DNA from: the human T2T-CHM13v2.0 reference genome, Homo sapiens | Length of the DNA: 64,000 nt | Assembly: GCF_009914755.1 (NCBI RefSeq) | Contig: NC_060937.1 | Direction: 5' to 3' (one strand) | In this document: positions 46,641 to 59,975 of the stretch, piece by piece | Layout: each line of letters opens with the position of its first letter | Position numbering within the stretch: position 1 is the stretch's first letter | Position numbers and translations under genes: made by a program | The notes under the pieces: model-generated | Databases searched by the model: none | What the model was told of the DNA's origin: nothing | The model's input: the letters and a program-made list of their open reading frames with translations, nothing else

Positions 46641-46917
46641 TGGAAAACATTCCAATTTCCGAACACCTCTGTTAGTGGCAGAGCCAGACTCAGAGATCCC
46701 CAGGGTAGGCCCCGCCGCCAGGGTCCCCACTTCTCCAGGGTCAGGGATTTTTTTTTTTTCCAACGAGGACTTTATGAGAGAGAGAATGGCTTTTCTCTAC
46801 TGTTCCTAAAGATGAGCTTGGAATAGGAAACATTAGAGATTGTTGCTGCTGTTCATAGACACATATTTTGGGGCATTTGACAAAGAATTTCTTAATGGCT
46901 TCATTCCTAAGTGTTAA

Positions 46918-47052
<135 letters not shown>

Positions 47053-49149
47053 TAAGTCCCCATCAGCCCAGGCCGGCCCTGTGATGGAGGAACGCCCACC
47101 TTTGAATCGTGGGTGGTTTGGCTGGAAAGGGCCACAGAGGCGCCCTCTCCCCCTCGCTTCTACAGAGGAGGACGTTAGGATTGGGAGCTTTTGCCATTCT
47201 GCCCTGATGCATCCCTGCCTCGTAGAGAGCGTGCCTTCCAAAAAGTCTGTGCTTTATGTTCAGGTAGTCAAAGAACAATTGTTCTTCACCTTAATGTCTT
47301 TCTTTCAAATTAAGGGGTCTTTAATTTTTAATGTTTACATCTGTCTTGAAGGCAGTTAGTTATCTGAGACTTAGGTGACACAGCAGCAAATGGTTTTACA
47401 AATTGCAAAAATTAATGTAACTCTTCAAGACAATTTCTCTACAAAGGGAACAATTCAGTTGCAGATCAAGAGAAGCCAAAACCCCATGTACATGTGGGAC
47501 TTAATTATTTAGGGAGAAAAAAATATTAGTACTGAAATTCATTCATAGTGAAACTTAAGTGTATTTTTTTCTTGAAGATAGAAAAGTCCTTTTAAGCAGT
47601 AACTTCATTATTCTTCCTGTGACTAAAAAGACTGAAAAGATGCCGTTAGTAGGTAAATGATCCTTTTGTGAGGGCCGTTGTGGTTTGGAAGTGTCTGCAT
47701 GGGAGAGCATGATGGGAAGCGCAAGGCTGGCCGTGTTCTGCATGTGGCCATGCCTTGGGGACATCAGGTGCAAAGAGAGATCCATCAGTTCATAACCAGG
47801 TTTGCATCAGAGAGACACACAACCTCTGTCTCATGCTCTGTCACTGCAGAAGGCAATGAAATGGATTCTCAGAGAAGGGGCAGCGGGGATGTCATGCCTG
47901 GTCCCGGCTGGGAGAACAGAGGCCCAGGTGTATGCCAGGGGCTCCTGAGCCCAGCCCGCCGGTCTGGAGGGGTGTGGACAGTTGCACTGTGCTGGTATGG
48001 TGTGAAGAGTAGAATGACATGATTTGTGGCGTTTTTAAGGAATTCTTTCTAAATTACTTCTTTAAAAAGTGAACAAGAAAATGTTGGTTTCTGTTCATGT
48101 AAAAATTTTATCTGTTCTTTGGGATTTAACATTTGTGCTGCCCTAGTATCACGACATCCATCCATGATGAGAACTTGGCCTAGGTGTGGGGGACCGAGAA
48201 CGTGTGTCCGCCGCATGCCAAGGGCCCTGTGCGGCAGGTCTGAGGTGCTAATGCAGAAATGACCTTGGCCTCATCAGTTCCCTGAAGGGGCATGGTGCCA
48301 TGTGGTAGTAGGTTTCCTGTCCTCGTGGCCTGGGTCTCCCTCGGCCCTCCTAGTTGGAGTCTTCCTGTGCATTCTGTTCACCTCACCCCATCCCCAGGCC
48401 TCTCAGTTCCAACCCAGCCAAGAAGAGCAGAAGTGGCCCGAAGCCCCCGTGCAAAGTAGCAGGCCCTGGTTCCTACCTGCGAGGCCACTTTTCCTCCCAG
48501 AGAAAAAAAGTTCACAAAGGAAACAGATCCTCTACTCTGGTCATCGCTGCATCACTAACACTGCGTCCTCTAGTAGGGCTGCTAAATGGAGGCAGGAGCA
48601 TTGTGGAAAGCAGCCTTTTCAGTCCAAGCAGCATCTGCAGTGGCCGATGAGTTCTAATCCATTTTTCATTTTCAGGCCCAAGCAAGAGCCTCCAAGAAGT
48701 CAAATGACTGTCTCTTCCCCACCTCAAGCCCCTCCTTGCTAATTTTAAGTCAGAACACAAATTTCGGAAAGCAAAACTTGATAAAGATTGACTGAAACCG
48801 GTAGGACAAAAAGGCACAGTTCCACCCACCCATGGTGCTGGAAAGGGCGACCACACAGCCCCACCTGCCAAGGACTCCATTTCCCTTCAGAAAATGGAGG
48901 TCAGGCCAGGGAGGTCCTCCTCTTACTCAGCAGCTGATCTGACTGTCGTGTGTTTTGTTCCTTTTTTTCTTTTACACTAAGTATTCCATTAATTCTCAGA
49001 GAACATTTCCACAACCTCAAAACCACAGAGAGGGAGGCTAGGGGTTAGAACTCACCTGGCAGTGAAGAGCCTGCCTAGACCTGAGGGTGCCAGAGCGCAG
49101 GCCACAGCGCAAATGCTCCGGAGAGTAGCCCTCAGGCCAGCCACTGTGA

Positions 49150-49452
<303 letters not shown>

Positions 49453-49689
49453 AGGATTTATAACCTTTCAGTCATCACCCAATTTAATTAGCCATTTGCA
49501 TGATGCTTTCACACACAATTGATTCAAGCATTATACAGGAACACCCCTGTGCAGCTACGTTTACGTCGTCATTTATTCCACAGAGTCAAGACCAATATTC
49601 TGCCAAAAAATCACCAATGGAAATTTTCATTGATATAAATACTTGTACATATGATTTGTACTTCTGCTGTGAGATTCCCTAGTGTCAAA

Positions 49690-49703
49690 ATTAAATCAAT
49701 AAA
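49690..49703 (+). terminator. PCCA: PCCA polyadenylation signals (ATTAAA 49690-49695, AATAAA 49698-49703), giving a 3' UTR of about 270 nt
   Basis: First canonical hexamers after the stop codon, followed by T-rich sequence. Confidence 0.85.
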
Positions 49704-51412
49704 ACTGAGCATTTGTCTAAATATTAGTTTGCCCTTTCTTTGAATGAAGACAATGTACACATAGGCGACAGGCTCTGCCAGTAGACTACCAGCATTTCTT
49801 TGTGATCCTTTTAAGAGATTGATATAAATGTCAGTCAGTTCTCTGCCTTGCTTTATTAAATTAGCACTTGCCATTTTTTCATCTGATTGCCTTACTACTT
49901 CTAGAAGTGAGGCCCTCACTCCTGGTGCTGATTTTCAAAACTTCCTAAGGACCAGAGACTGCAAATGCAGATTTTGGCAATCCCTTTCCTGCTGTGTCTC
50001 TATGTGGGTGTACTGTTGGTGGCTGACTCCCCTGGAGGTCACCCTGAAGCTTCCTGGTTGGCCGGGGGTGCTGTCTCCACTGTTTTTGTTTGTTTTGAGG
50101 ATGAGCGCGCTGCCTGGTCCCTTCCCCATTGCACAAGCCAGGGCAGTCACAAGGAGCTTGGGCTGCCTCACCGCCCTCATCAAGCACAGGGCCGCCACGA
50201 GCTCATCAGCTGAGACCCAGCGTAGCCTTTTTGTGTTTTTTGTGAAGCAAGTTTCCAATTAAGCAAAAGAAGCTAAAAATAATGATCATGTTTTTGTGCC
50301 AGATGCAGTTAGCGATCACAGTCTGCCATTAAGTTGAAGAGTAAGTGAGCTCTCCCAACAGAGAATGAGGTTACTAAAGATCACAGCAGCTGCATTTTCA
50401 TTTGGTTCTGAAATCCTTGGAATACATTTCAGACTTTGCTGGGAAGCAGAAGCAAGAGCCGTGCACCGAGTTGAATCGATGCTGACAATTATCAGATGGA
50501 GGTGGGTAGTAATTGGTACTTCGTGCCTTGCTAAAATTATTTTAAGTGCTGTTTGTTTGTATTTGGAAGCTAAGCTTCTGTCAGGCCTGAAGAACAAATT
50601 ACTAATGCATTGGCTCTTCTTTGAAAGGACTCACCCCCAAATGCTCTCCCTTCAGGGGGCAGGGACGGGGTCTGGCTACTGAGATCTGGGCTCAGATAAA
50701 CTTCCACTTGAAGTCCGGGCGCTCAGCTGTGTCTACCAGCAAGTGGGTGTTCATTATTTTGCTAGATCAGAATGTAAAGAACCTTCTACCAAATAAGTAT
50801 ACCAAAAAACGTGGGGGTCAAACACAGTACCAACACTTTTATATCTGATTTCCCAAAACATCGACTTCAAATTTAAATAATCTTTAATATTTGCTGTGAA
50901 GCTTGATCTGAAAATTAGGAAGAATGGTGCTATACGCACTCTGATATACAGCATGCTTGCCCTGTGGATCTTTTCTACAAATTCTACCCAGCCGTGTAAA
51001 ATCGGCTTTCTCAGGGGTTACAGGCCAGAATCAGTATAGTAGGGCTGCTAAAATCTAGCGGCAACACCAAGTCTTTACACTGATCCTAAATATTATCTTG
51101 AGCTCAAAGCAGAGCCAACAGCAGAAACAACACGAGGAGGAAGAAGAATTAGGCATAACACGAGTTCTCTAAATGTCATTTAGGGGAGTTAAAATCCTAA
51201 ATTTTTCTTACCAGGTAGAAAGATGGGAGGGAAGCACCTTGCTATTCGTATCTCAACATTATTTGTAAAATCAGCTGCCACTGAAAGATTGGTTCCTTTC
51301 CGGCAGATTCATTGGAAAGGGCCCTGTTCGGCTTCCGCCTTCACCCAGCATGGGCTGGGCGCATCTTGGAGCCCCAGGGCTCTCAAACCTAGGCCCACCC
51401 TGCCCGTCCCCC

Positions 51413-51874
51413 TTATCTGTTCTCCCGGGGGTTGTAGCGCAGCCCGTGCGGCCCCTCGGAGTCGTAGCTGTCATGGTGCGGGAGCTGGGCCCACTCCGGC
51501 GGGAAGGTGGCCCTGCTGTACACGAAGCACTGCACCGCGGTGGGCGCTGGCGGCTCCTCTGCGCCCGGGGCCCGGTCCTCCAGCAGCTGTACCCGCAGCA
51601 CCGTGCGCTGGTACAGGGCCGGGCAACTCTCGAAGTCATCCAGAAAGCGCAGCATCCGCTCGTCTACCGCGTAGACCTCGCCCTCCACGAGGCGCCCCGA
51701 GCCGGGCAGGTGCAGCAGCCACGGGATGTTGTGCTCCCCCGCGATCACCAACGGGTAGGGCTCCAGCGTGCGGCCGCGCGCCCGAAAGGCTGCGGAGCCG
51801 TGGGCGCCGTCCCGCAGGACCCTGTGGTTGGGCTGACCCCGCTTCAGGGTGCCGTACACGAAGACTAGGGCCAT
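51413..51874 (-). CDS. GGACT: Gamma-glutamylamine cyclotransferase (A2LD1), 153 aa, entire CDS in one exon
   Basis: MALVFVYGTLKRGQPNH...LDDFE...YNPRENR: GGCT/AIG2-like YGTL motif and Glu82, the known catalytic residue. A minus-strand acceptor cttcccctctccctgcag| opens the exon at 51884, 10 nt before the ATG at 51874. Confidence 0.97.
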   Translation of the reverse strand: MALVFVYGTLKRGQPNHRVLRDGAHGSAAFRARGRTLEPYPLVIAGEHNIPWLLHLPGSGRLVEGEVYAVDERMLRFLDDFESCPALYQRTVLRVQLLEDRAPGAEEPPAPTAVQCFVYSRATFPPEWAQLPHHDSYDSEGPHGLRYNPRENR

Positions 51875-51960
51875 CCGGGCAGAGCTGCAGGGAGAGGGGA
51901 AGTCACAGGTCAGCCCGCAGTGGGAGCTCTGTGTCTGCACCTGGGACGTGGCTCCCGGCC
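51420..51960. promoter_or_regulatory. Intragenic CpG island over the GGACT coding exon
   Basis: Very high GC and CpG density by eye compared with the flanks. Confidence 0.75.
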
Positions 51961-52039
51961 CACAGAGCCTCCACTGGGGCCGCACCACCTGAATGCGCCT
52001 GGCTGTGCTCAGATAAGGCGTTACTTACCAACGCAGATG

Positions 52040-52191
52040 AGAATGACCTACAGTTTTCACACATCATGAGATATTTTGACTTTCGGCCATTTAAACATGT
52101 GAAAGCCATTCCTAGCTTGTGGGCTGTTCACAAACGGGCACCAGGTCGGCTCTAACCTGTGGGCATGGTGTTTTTGGGTTTGCCAGTCCCT
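52040..52191. mobile_element. MER58-like hAT fragment
   Basis: 'ccatttaaacatgtgaaagccattcctagcttgtgggctg..aaacgggc..tttgccagtcccta' resembles the MER58B/C 3' half. Confidence 0.6.
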
Positions 52192-54999
52192 AGGCTAGAG
52201 AAAGGGGCACACATTGGTGACTTCCTTGATGTGTCTGTAGCAGACAGGACACCTGCGTTCTGGGCAGGAGGACCGTGCCCTCAGCCTCCCCACACCACCT
52301 GGATGGACTAATGTTCCTCAGCCCTGCAGGGGCAGCCCTGCCTCGCCTGCACAGGCCACCCTTCTCTGAGGAACACAGTCCTGACCTGCTGACTGCGCAG
52401 CCTCCCCGACTCCCTGAGGGCACCAGCCTTCCACCCTTCCCAACTCCTACCCCCATCGTAGCAGCTCAAGGCCAGAAGACGCCCTGTCCAGGCCCTAGTA
52501 TGGCCCTCCCAGACACACCCTGTCCAGGTGAGCAACTACCCCTGCTCCTGAGCCCAGCACAGCCCATACCTTACTGTTCTCAGCCCTTGTGTGGTGGGCG
52601 CGGAGGTTGCGGAGGTTCCAGGCAAGGCCGCCACCCTCTAGAGCTGCTGATCTGGGAAAAGGCGCTCCTTGTATTAGGACAGTCTGTCAAACCTGTCCCA
52701 ACAGCCTGCCCTGCTACCTGAGCCCTGCAGAACTGCCATTTTCTTGAGCAGTTTTCAGTGTTTCTTAAAGGACTTTGAAAATTGCCAATAACTATTAGAG
52801 AAAAATTAGAAATAACCCTAAAAATACATATAATTTTGTAACCACCTGCTATCCAGCTGCAGTGAGAACCCAGGTTTCAGCACTGAGTTCCACTCAGGTC
52901 CTGGCAGTCTGACGCAGCGGAGCTCAGCACCCACACCTTCTGGTGTTTCCCCTTCCAAGGTCTTAGAGGGCAGTGGTGCTTCACGGGACTCCCCGCAGCG
53001 ATCTTGGCTCCAGCGTGAAGGTAAATATTTACCACTTGCCTGGGTCTGGGCCACAGACTGTTACATAAAGACAGAAGTGATTTGCGTGAAAGTGACTCAA
53101 ACAAAAATGGAAATGAACATTAAAGGGGTGGGGGCCGCTCTCCCCGGCCCCTCGCTCCGCTGCCCTGTGTGCCCCCGCCATGAGGTGACAGCCTGTGGGG
53201 CGACTCGTTGAGATGGGCTTTGCAGACGGGACTGCAGGTGCAGGAAAACAAATGCGGCTATCCAGGAAACAGCAGCGGCTCGTGACCCGCCAGAAATGGC
53301 CCCGGACACCACACTTGCCACCAATCATGTGGACAAGTGGACCCTGAAGAAACTGAAGAAGTCACACTGAACTCATGGGACTTCTGTTTTCTTCTCAGCA
53401 AACAAGAGCTGCTCTGGGGGGTTCTAGGCCTCATTTTGCTCAAGAGGCACGTCTGCTGCCTCTTGGTTCTATCACCAGCCTGTGCAACAACAGTATTCCC
53501 CAGATTTCAGGCACATTGCACTAGGAAAGGTGTGGCCGTGGGAAAAACACAAGGCTAGCCAGATACGTGCGCCCTGTGGGCCTGGCCATGTGATAGCCCT
53601 GGGACACCCTTCCCAGTGTGGGGACACAGATTAGACCTGGGGGGCATGCTGGGATAGGAAAGTTGAGATGTGAATTAAGGAGAACCTGGGGTAGGACGGT
53701 ACTGAGGAAGAGAAGAGGCAAGTGCTCAGGCCTAAAATTGCCAGGACTCGGCTGCTGGGGTGTACGTGAAAATGACAAAAGGCACCAGCTGAGAGCAGCG
53801 CTGGTGTCTGGAGAGGGCACTGGATGGAAGCAGCTGTCTACAACAGCGGGCAAGGAGCTATCCCAAAAGACGAGCACCTGGGGGGCGATGATGGTTTGGA
53901 TCCTGCTGTGCAGCTGCCTTGGGGACTCAGCATTTGGAAGGATTCATGTCCCTCCCCACACCTGCATCCCAGCCCCCAGCGAGACCCATCAGCACTTCCC
54001 CTGCCACGTCTCCCAACCTGCTCTCCTCCTCCAATGCCTGCCTGCATCCCTGTTGTCTTTGTTCCCCTGGATCCTGCCCCCAGTGCACCACCCAGAGGGT
54101 CCTTGTCAATCTCCTGCTGCAGACTTAACTCTCCCACCTCATCTCCTGCACCCTCTCTCCCCTCATCCAGGTGGCTCCTGCCCCGACCAGCGCCTGACCT
54201 GGAGGGTGCAGGAGTAGTAGGCAGGGCCTACTCAGTCTGTCACATCACTCTGTCTGGTTGTCGTTATAGCACACGTGCTCTCTAAATCACTGGTCTTGTT
54301 TGTTGCTGGAACATGAAGGGCCAGAAGAGAACTTGGAAACTGTTTGGTCCAGCACCTGCAGGTGAGGAAGCCGAGTCCCAGGCTGGTGGCGATCTAGGAC
54401 CAGCCAGCCGGGCAGGGCCGTAGTCACACTGCAGACCAGCTCTCCACTGCCAGGTGCCTGCCTGGCTTTCCCTGATGCAGTTTTTTAAAATGGCATGTGT
54501 CCAAAATGTCAATAGATTGCTTTGTAAGAAAAATGAAGTTTCCTACCCCTTTCCACTCCCTGGAGGCAACACTTTTAAGGCTTTTAACTGTTGTGTTCAG
54601 CATTTATCTCCATATTGTTACTTACGCTGCTACTTCTTGATGTCTTAAATCATATCTTGCCCTTCTACTCAAAAAGTGGGTGAGCATAGTGGTTCTAAAG
54701 CACAGACTTTAACTGTGTGACTTTAGGCAGATCATATAACCTCTCTGTGCCTCAGCTTCCTCAACTGTAAACTGAAGTCACAGTAGCAGCCTGCCTCAGA
54801 GACCGCGGTGGGTACCAACACACGTGGTCCTGTGTGATCTGCTGACATGTAGCGTGTGCCGCTGCTGTCATCACTGTAGAAGCCTGACCCTTGGCTCTCC
54901 TACCACATCCCGCCATCCTCCCAACAGACTCATCATAGTTTTGGGTCAGACCCAGATCTATTTCGGCATTAGAACCATGCAAACACGGCTCTTGGCTAA

Positions 55000-55950
55000 G
55001 ACACAGAGCATACTATGATTACATTTCCTTTCTTGGACAACTTTATGTTTTCCTTGAAATTAAAAATTGCTTCAAGTTTGTTTTTTTTGTTTGTTTTGCA
55101 TTTCGCTTAGTTTCTAGGATTGTAATTCAGCCTCGCAGTTTCTGAGAGCATGGCCAGAACCCGGGTCCTGACCATCCGCTGGAAGGTCCTCCCTGCCAGC
55201 TCTAGTCTGGGCTCTCTGTGTCGCTGCCATCCAGGCCACCCTCATTCCTGTCCCGTCCTCTGGCTGGGATGTTGGCCACATTTTGCTGAAGTGTATTCTC
55301 TCCCACTTTTGGTTAATAACATGGCTGCGTAGAGGATTCTAGAAATCATTTCCCTCAGAACTTTAAAGACATTTCTTCATTGTCTTCTAACTTTCCGAGT
55401 TCTTGCAGAGAAGTCAGTGTGCTGTGATCCAGGTCCCCTGTGTGTGTGACTCGAGCTCTTCCCTGGAGGCTCTTAAGGGCTTCCTTTTATCCCTCAGATT
55501 CTAGAATTTTCTGATGATGTAGACTCTGTTTTCATTGATTGTGCTGGAATTTTGATCTGAATGCTCCTTATCCTGGATCACGGGGGCATTTTCTTACCCC
55601 TCCTTCCTCTCTGTTCTCTTTCTGGCTCTCCCAATATTCCGGCAGTGGAGGTCCTGACTTCAGCCTCCAATGTTTTTATATTTTCTCCTTTCCTCCAGGT
55701 CTATATTATATTCTGCTTTATCTTGCATTTCTTCTATTAAAAATTTTTTTGCCATGATATTTATTTCCAATATATTTTTCTTGTTGTGTGTTTTTTTTTT
55801 CAACTTCTTGTTCATTCACAGGCTCAATATATATATATTTTTTAAGTTTTCTTCATTCCCTTCATTGCCTCCATTTCTCCTAACTCCCTCTTTTCTCTCT
55901 GTTTTGGTATCTGTGTTTCAAGAGATTTTCTTCACATGTGATCTTGGCTG
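55000..55950 (-). mobile_element. Very old L1 (L1ME/MC-like) fragment
   Basis: 'attctagaaatcatttccctcagaactttaaagacatttcttcattgtcttcta' is typical of antisense L1M ORF1-region text. Boundaries are uncertain. Confidence 0.45.
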
Positions 55951-57714
55951 GGAAAGCTGAGCCACTCTTTGGAAGTGAGGCTGAGCTGTCAGGTGGCAGG
56001 CCTCACACGGGACTCTGGGGAGCGGCGCTGGGAGCTCTGCACTTTCCCCCAATGCTTGTTTTCAGGGTGCCACCTCACCACCACTCAGCTAGGCCTGTGT
56101 CCCCAGCGGAGGTGTTCTTGTCAGGCTCTCCAGAAAGGAACCCGCCATCCTCTGCCAGGCGTGAGGGGAAGCAGTGGGGTCTCCCTGCACCTTGTGCACA
56201 CTCCCAGCCTTTCCGTGTCTTGGCCTGTCCTTGCCTCTGTGGCCTGCGGTTCTGGACTCCTCCAGCGTTGCAGACACTGCTCAGCTGACTACTTGTCAGC
56301 CTCTCACTGTGCAGGAGCTTAAGTTTTGGGTGTCTCTAGGTTAAGTCTGCTGTCACTCACTTCTGTTTTCCGTCTTCCAGAAGCGTGTCGCCCGCTTTCC
56401 TCCACTGTCCTTGTGGGTCGTTTGAGTAGCATTAGGAGGAAGCTGGACACAGGGCCTGTCCTCCCTGTCTTCTCCCTTGCTGCACCGCCAGCCCTAGCCC
56501 CTTCCTCTGAGAGACTTGATGTGAGCCAGAAAGGAAGCGACAAGACAGAAACTGCTTGCTTAGAAGGATGGCAAGGAGGTTTTCTTCAGGTACAGGAGAC
56601 TCAAGGGTATGTCAGGTCCCCGTGAAGAAGCCAGGAAAGTAGCAATTGTGGCACCAGAGTGAGGGCTGGGTAGAGGGGATGGCTGGTGATAGCTGAAGGA
56701 GCCAGGCAGCGGGGAGGCAGAGAAAGAACTTGTTCTTCCTGCTGCTGAGACGAGAGAAAGGAAAGACGAGGCAGCACTTGCAGGAAAAGGAAAGCCTAAA
56801 TGCAGCCATGCAGGGAACAACGCAGCCATGCAGGGATGCCCTGTGCTAAGTGCTGGGCATGCAATGAGACTCCATGAAGCCACAGTGTCATTGAGGGGAG
56901 ACAGAAGACACACTTGTCAAAGGGCGCCTCGCGGGAGACAGCTGCACAGCACAGGCACTCTCCCTCAGAAACCGCTCCTTCAGTAAGAGGTGGTGGCACC
57001 ATCCACTCGGGCAGGGAGACTGCCGCCAGGCTGAGAACTTGCAAAATGGAAAGAAGTGAGAACAGTCCTATGGAAGCAGCACAGACTTTGGAACAGAGTT
57101 GTAAGATGCCAGGACAGAGCAGGTACTCAGCACGCAATGGTCATTGTTTTCACTATTCCGGGGATTCAACTGCAAAGGAAGAAAAATATTTCATCCAAGA
57201 GTGGACAAGCAGGCTTAGGACAGAGGTAAGAGGAGAAGAGAGTTGGAGGATAGTGTTTCTGAAGAAGGCTAATTCCCAGGGAGGACTTCTGGGACCTTGC
57301 TTACCGACGACCGAGGTTCACCTGGGTGTACTGGGCCCCGCACTAAGTAGCCTGTGTCATCTCAGTTTATTTAATGCTCTCAACTCTGTAAAGTAGGTGG
57401 TATTACCTTCATTTAACAGATGAAGAAACTAAGATGAGGGCTCTGGCCCGAAGCTGGTGAGAGGCAGCAGCAGGAACTGAGCCTGGGCCTGCTGGACTCC
57501 AAAAGCCTCTCTGGCTCTGTCACTTGCACTGACCCCAAGGCCCAAGGGAGGTGACCCTGTCAAGTATGGTGGAGGACTCAGGCTCTGCAATGGCAGAGAT
57601 GGTTTGCAAAGCACCCTACACTTCCCTATGCTTTTTGTTCCCTACTTGTTTTAAATTTTATCTGATAAACCAAATCCTTCTCTGTATTTCCTGTTTTTTA
57701 ATTTGTGGAGTTTT

Positions 57715-57868
57715 AAAAATTGTGATAAAATACACATAACATAAAATTTATCATAACTATTTTCAAGTGTTCAGTTCAGTAGTGTTAAGTATATTTGAGT
57801 TGTGAAAAAGGTCTCCAGAACCTTTTCATCTTGCAAAACTGAAACTTTGTACCCATTAAACAATAACC
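57715..57868 (-). mobile_element. L1MA/MB 3'-end fragment
   Basis: Typical 'aaaatacacataacataaaattta...gtacccattaaacaataac' L1M 3' UTR text. Confidence 0.65.
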
Positions 57869-57904
57869 ATGGAAAGCAAAACCACAGATAAGGAGGAATT
57901 CCTG

Positions 57905-59975
<2,071 letters not shown>

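Noticed and set aside
51875-51988. 38-aa N-terminal extension of GGACT in the ORF track
   Set aside because: It starts at a non-ATG codon and runs through the polypyrimidine tract and acceptor at 51885, so it is mostly intronic.
51223-52155. 310-aa and 172-aa plus-strand ORFs antisense to GGACT
   Set aside because: Shadow ORFs expected opposite a very GC-rich CDS. The 310-aa product is low-complexity (Pro/Arg/Ala-rich), neither has a recognisable domain, and both lie downstream of the PCCA poly(A) signal.
53618-54285. Overlapping 199-aa and 153-aa ORFs
   Set aside because: GC-rich sequence open in several frames, with no recognisable protein features.
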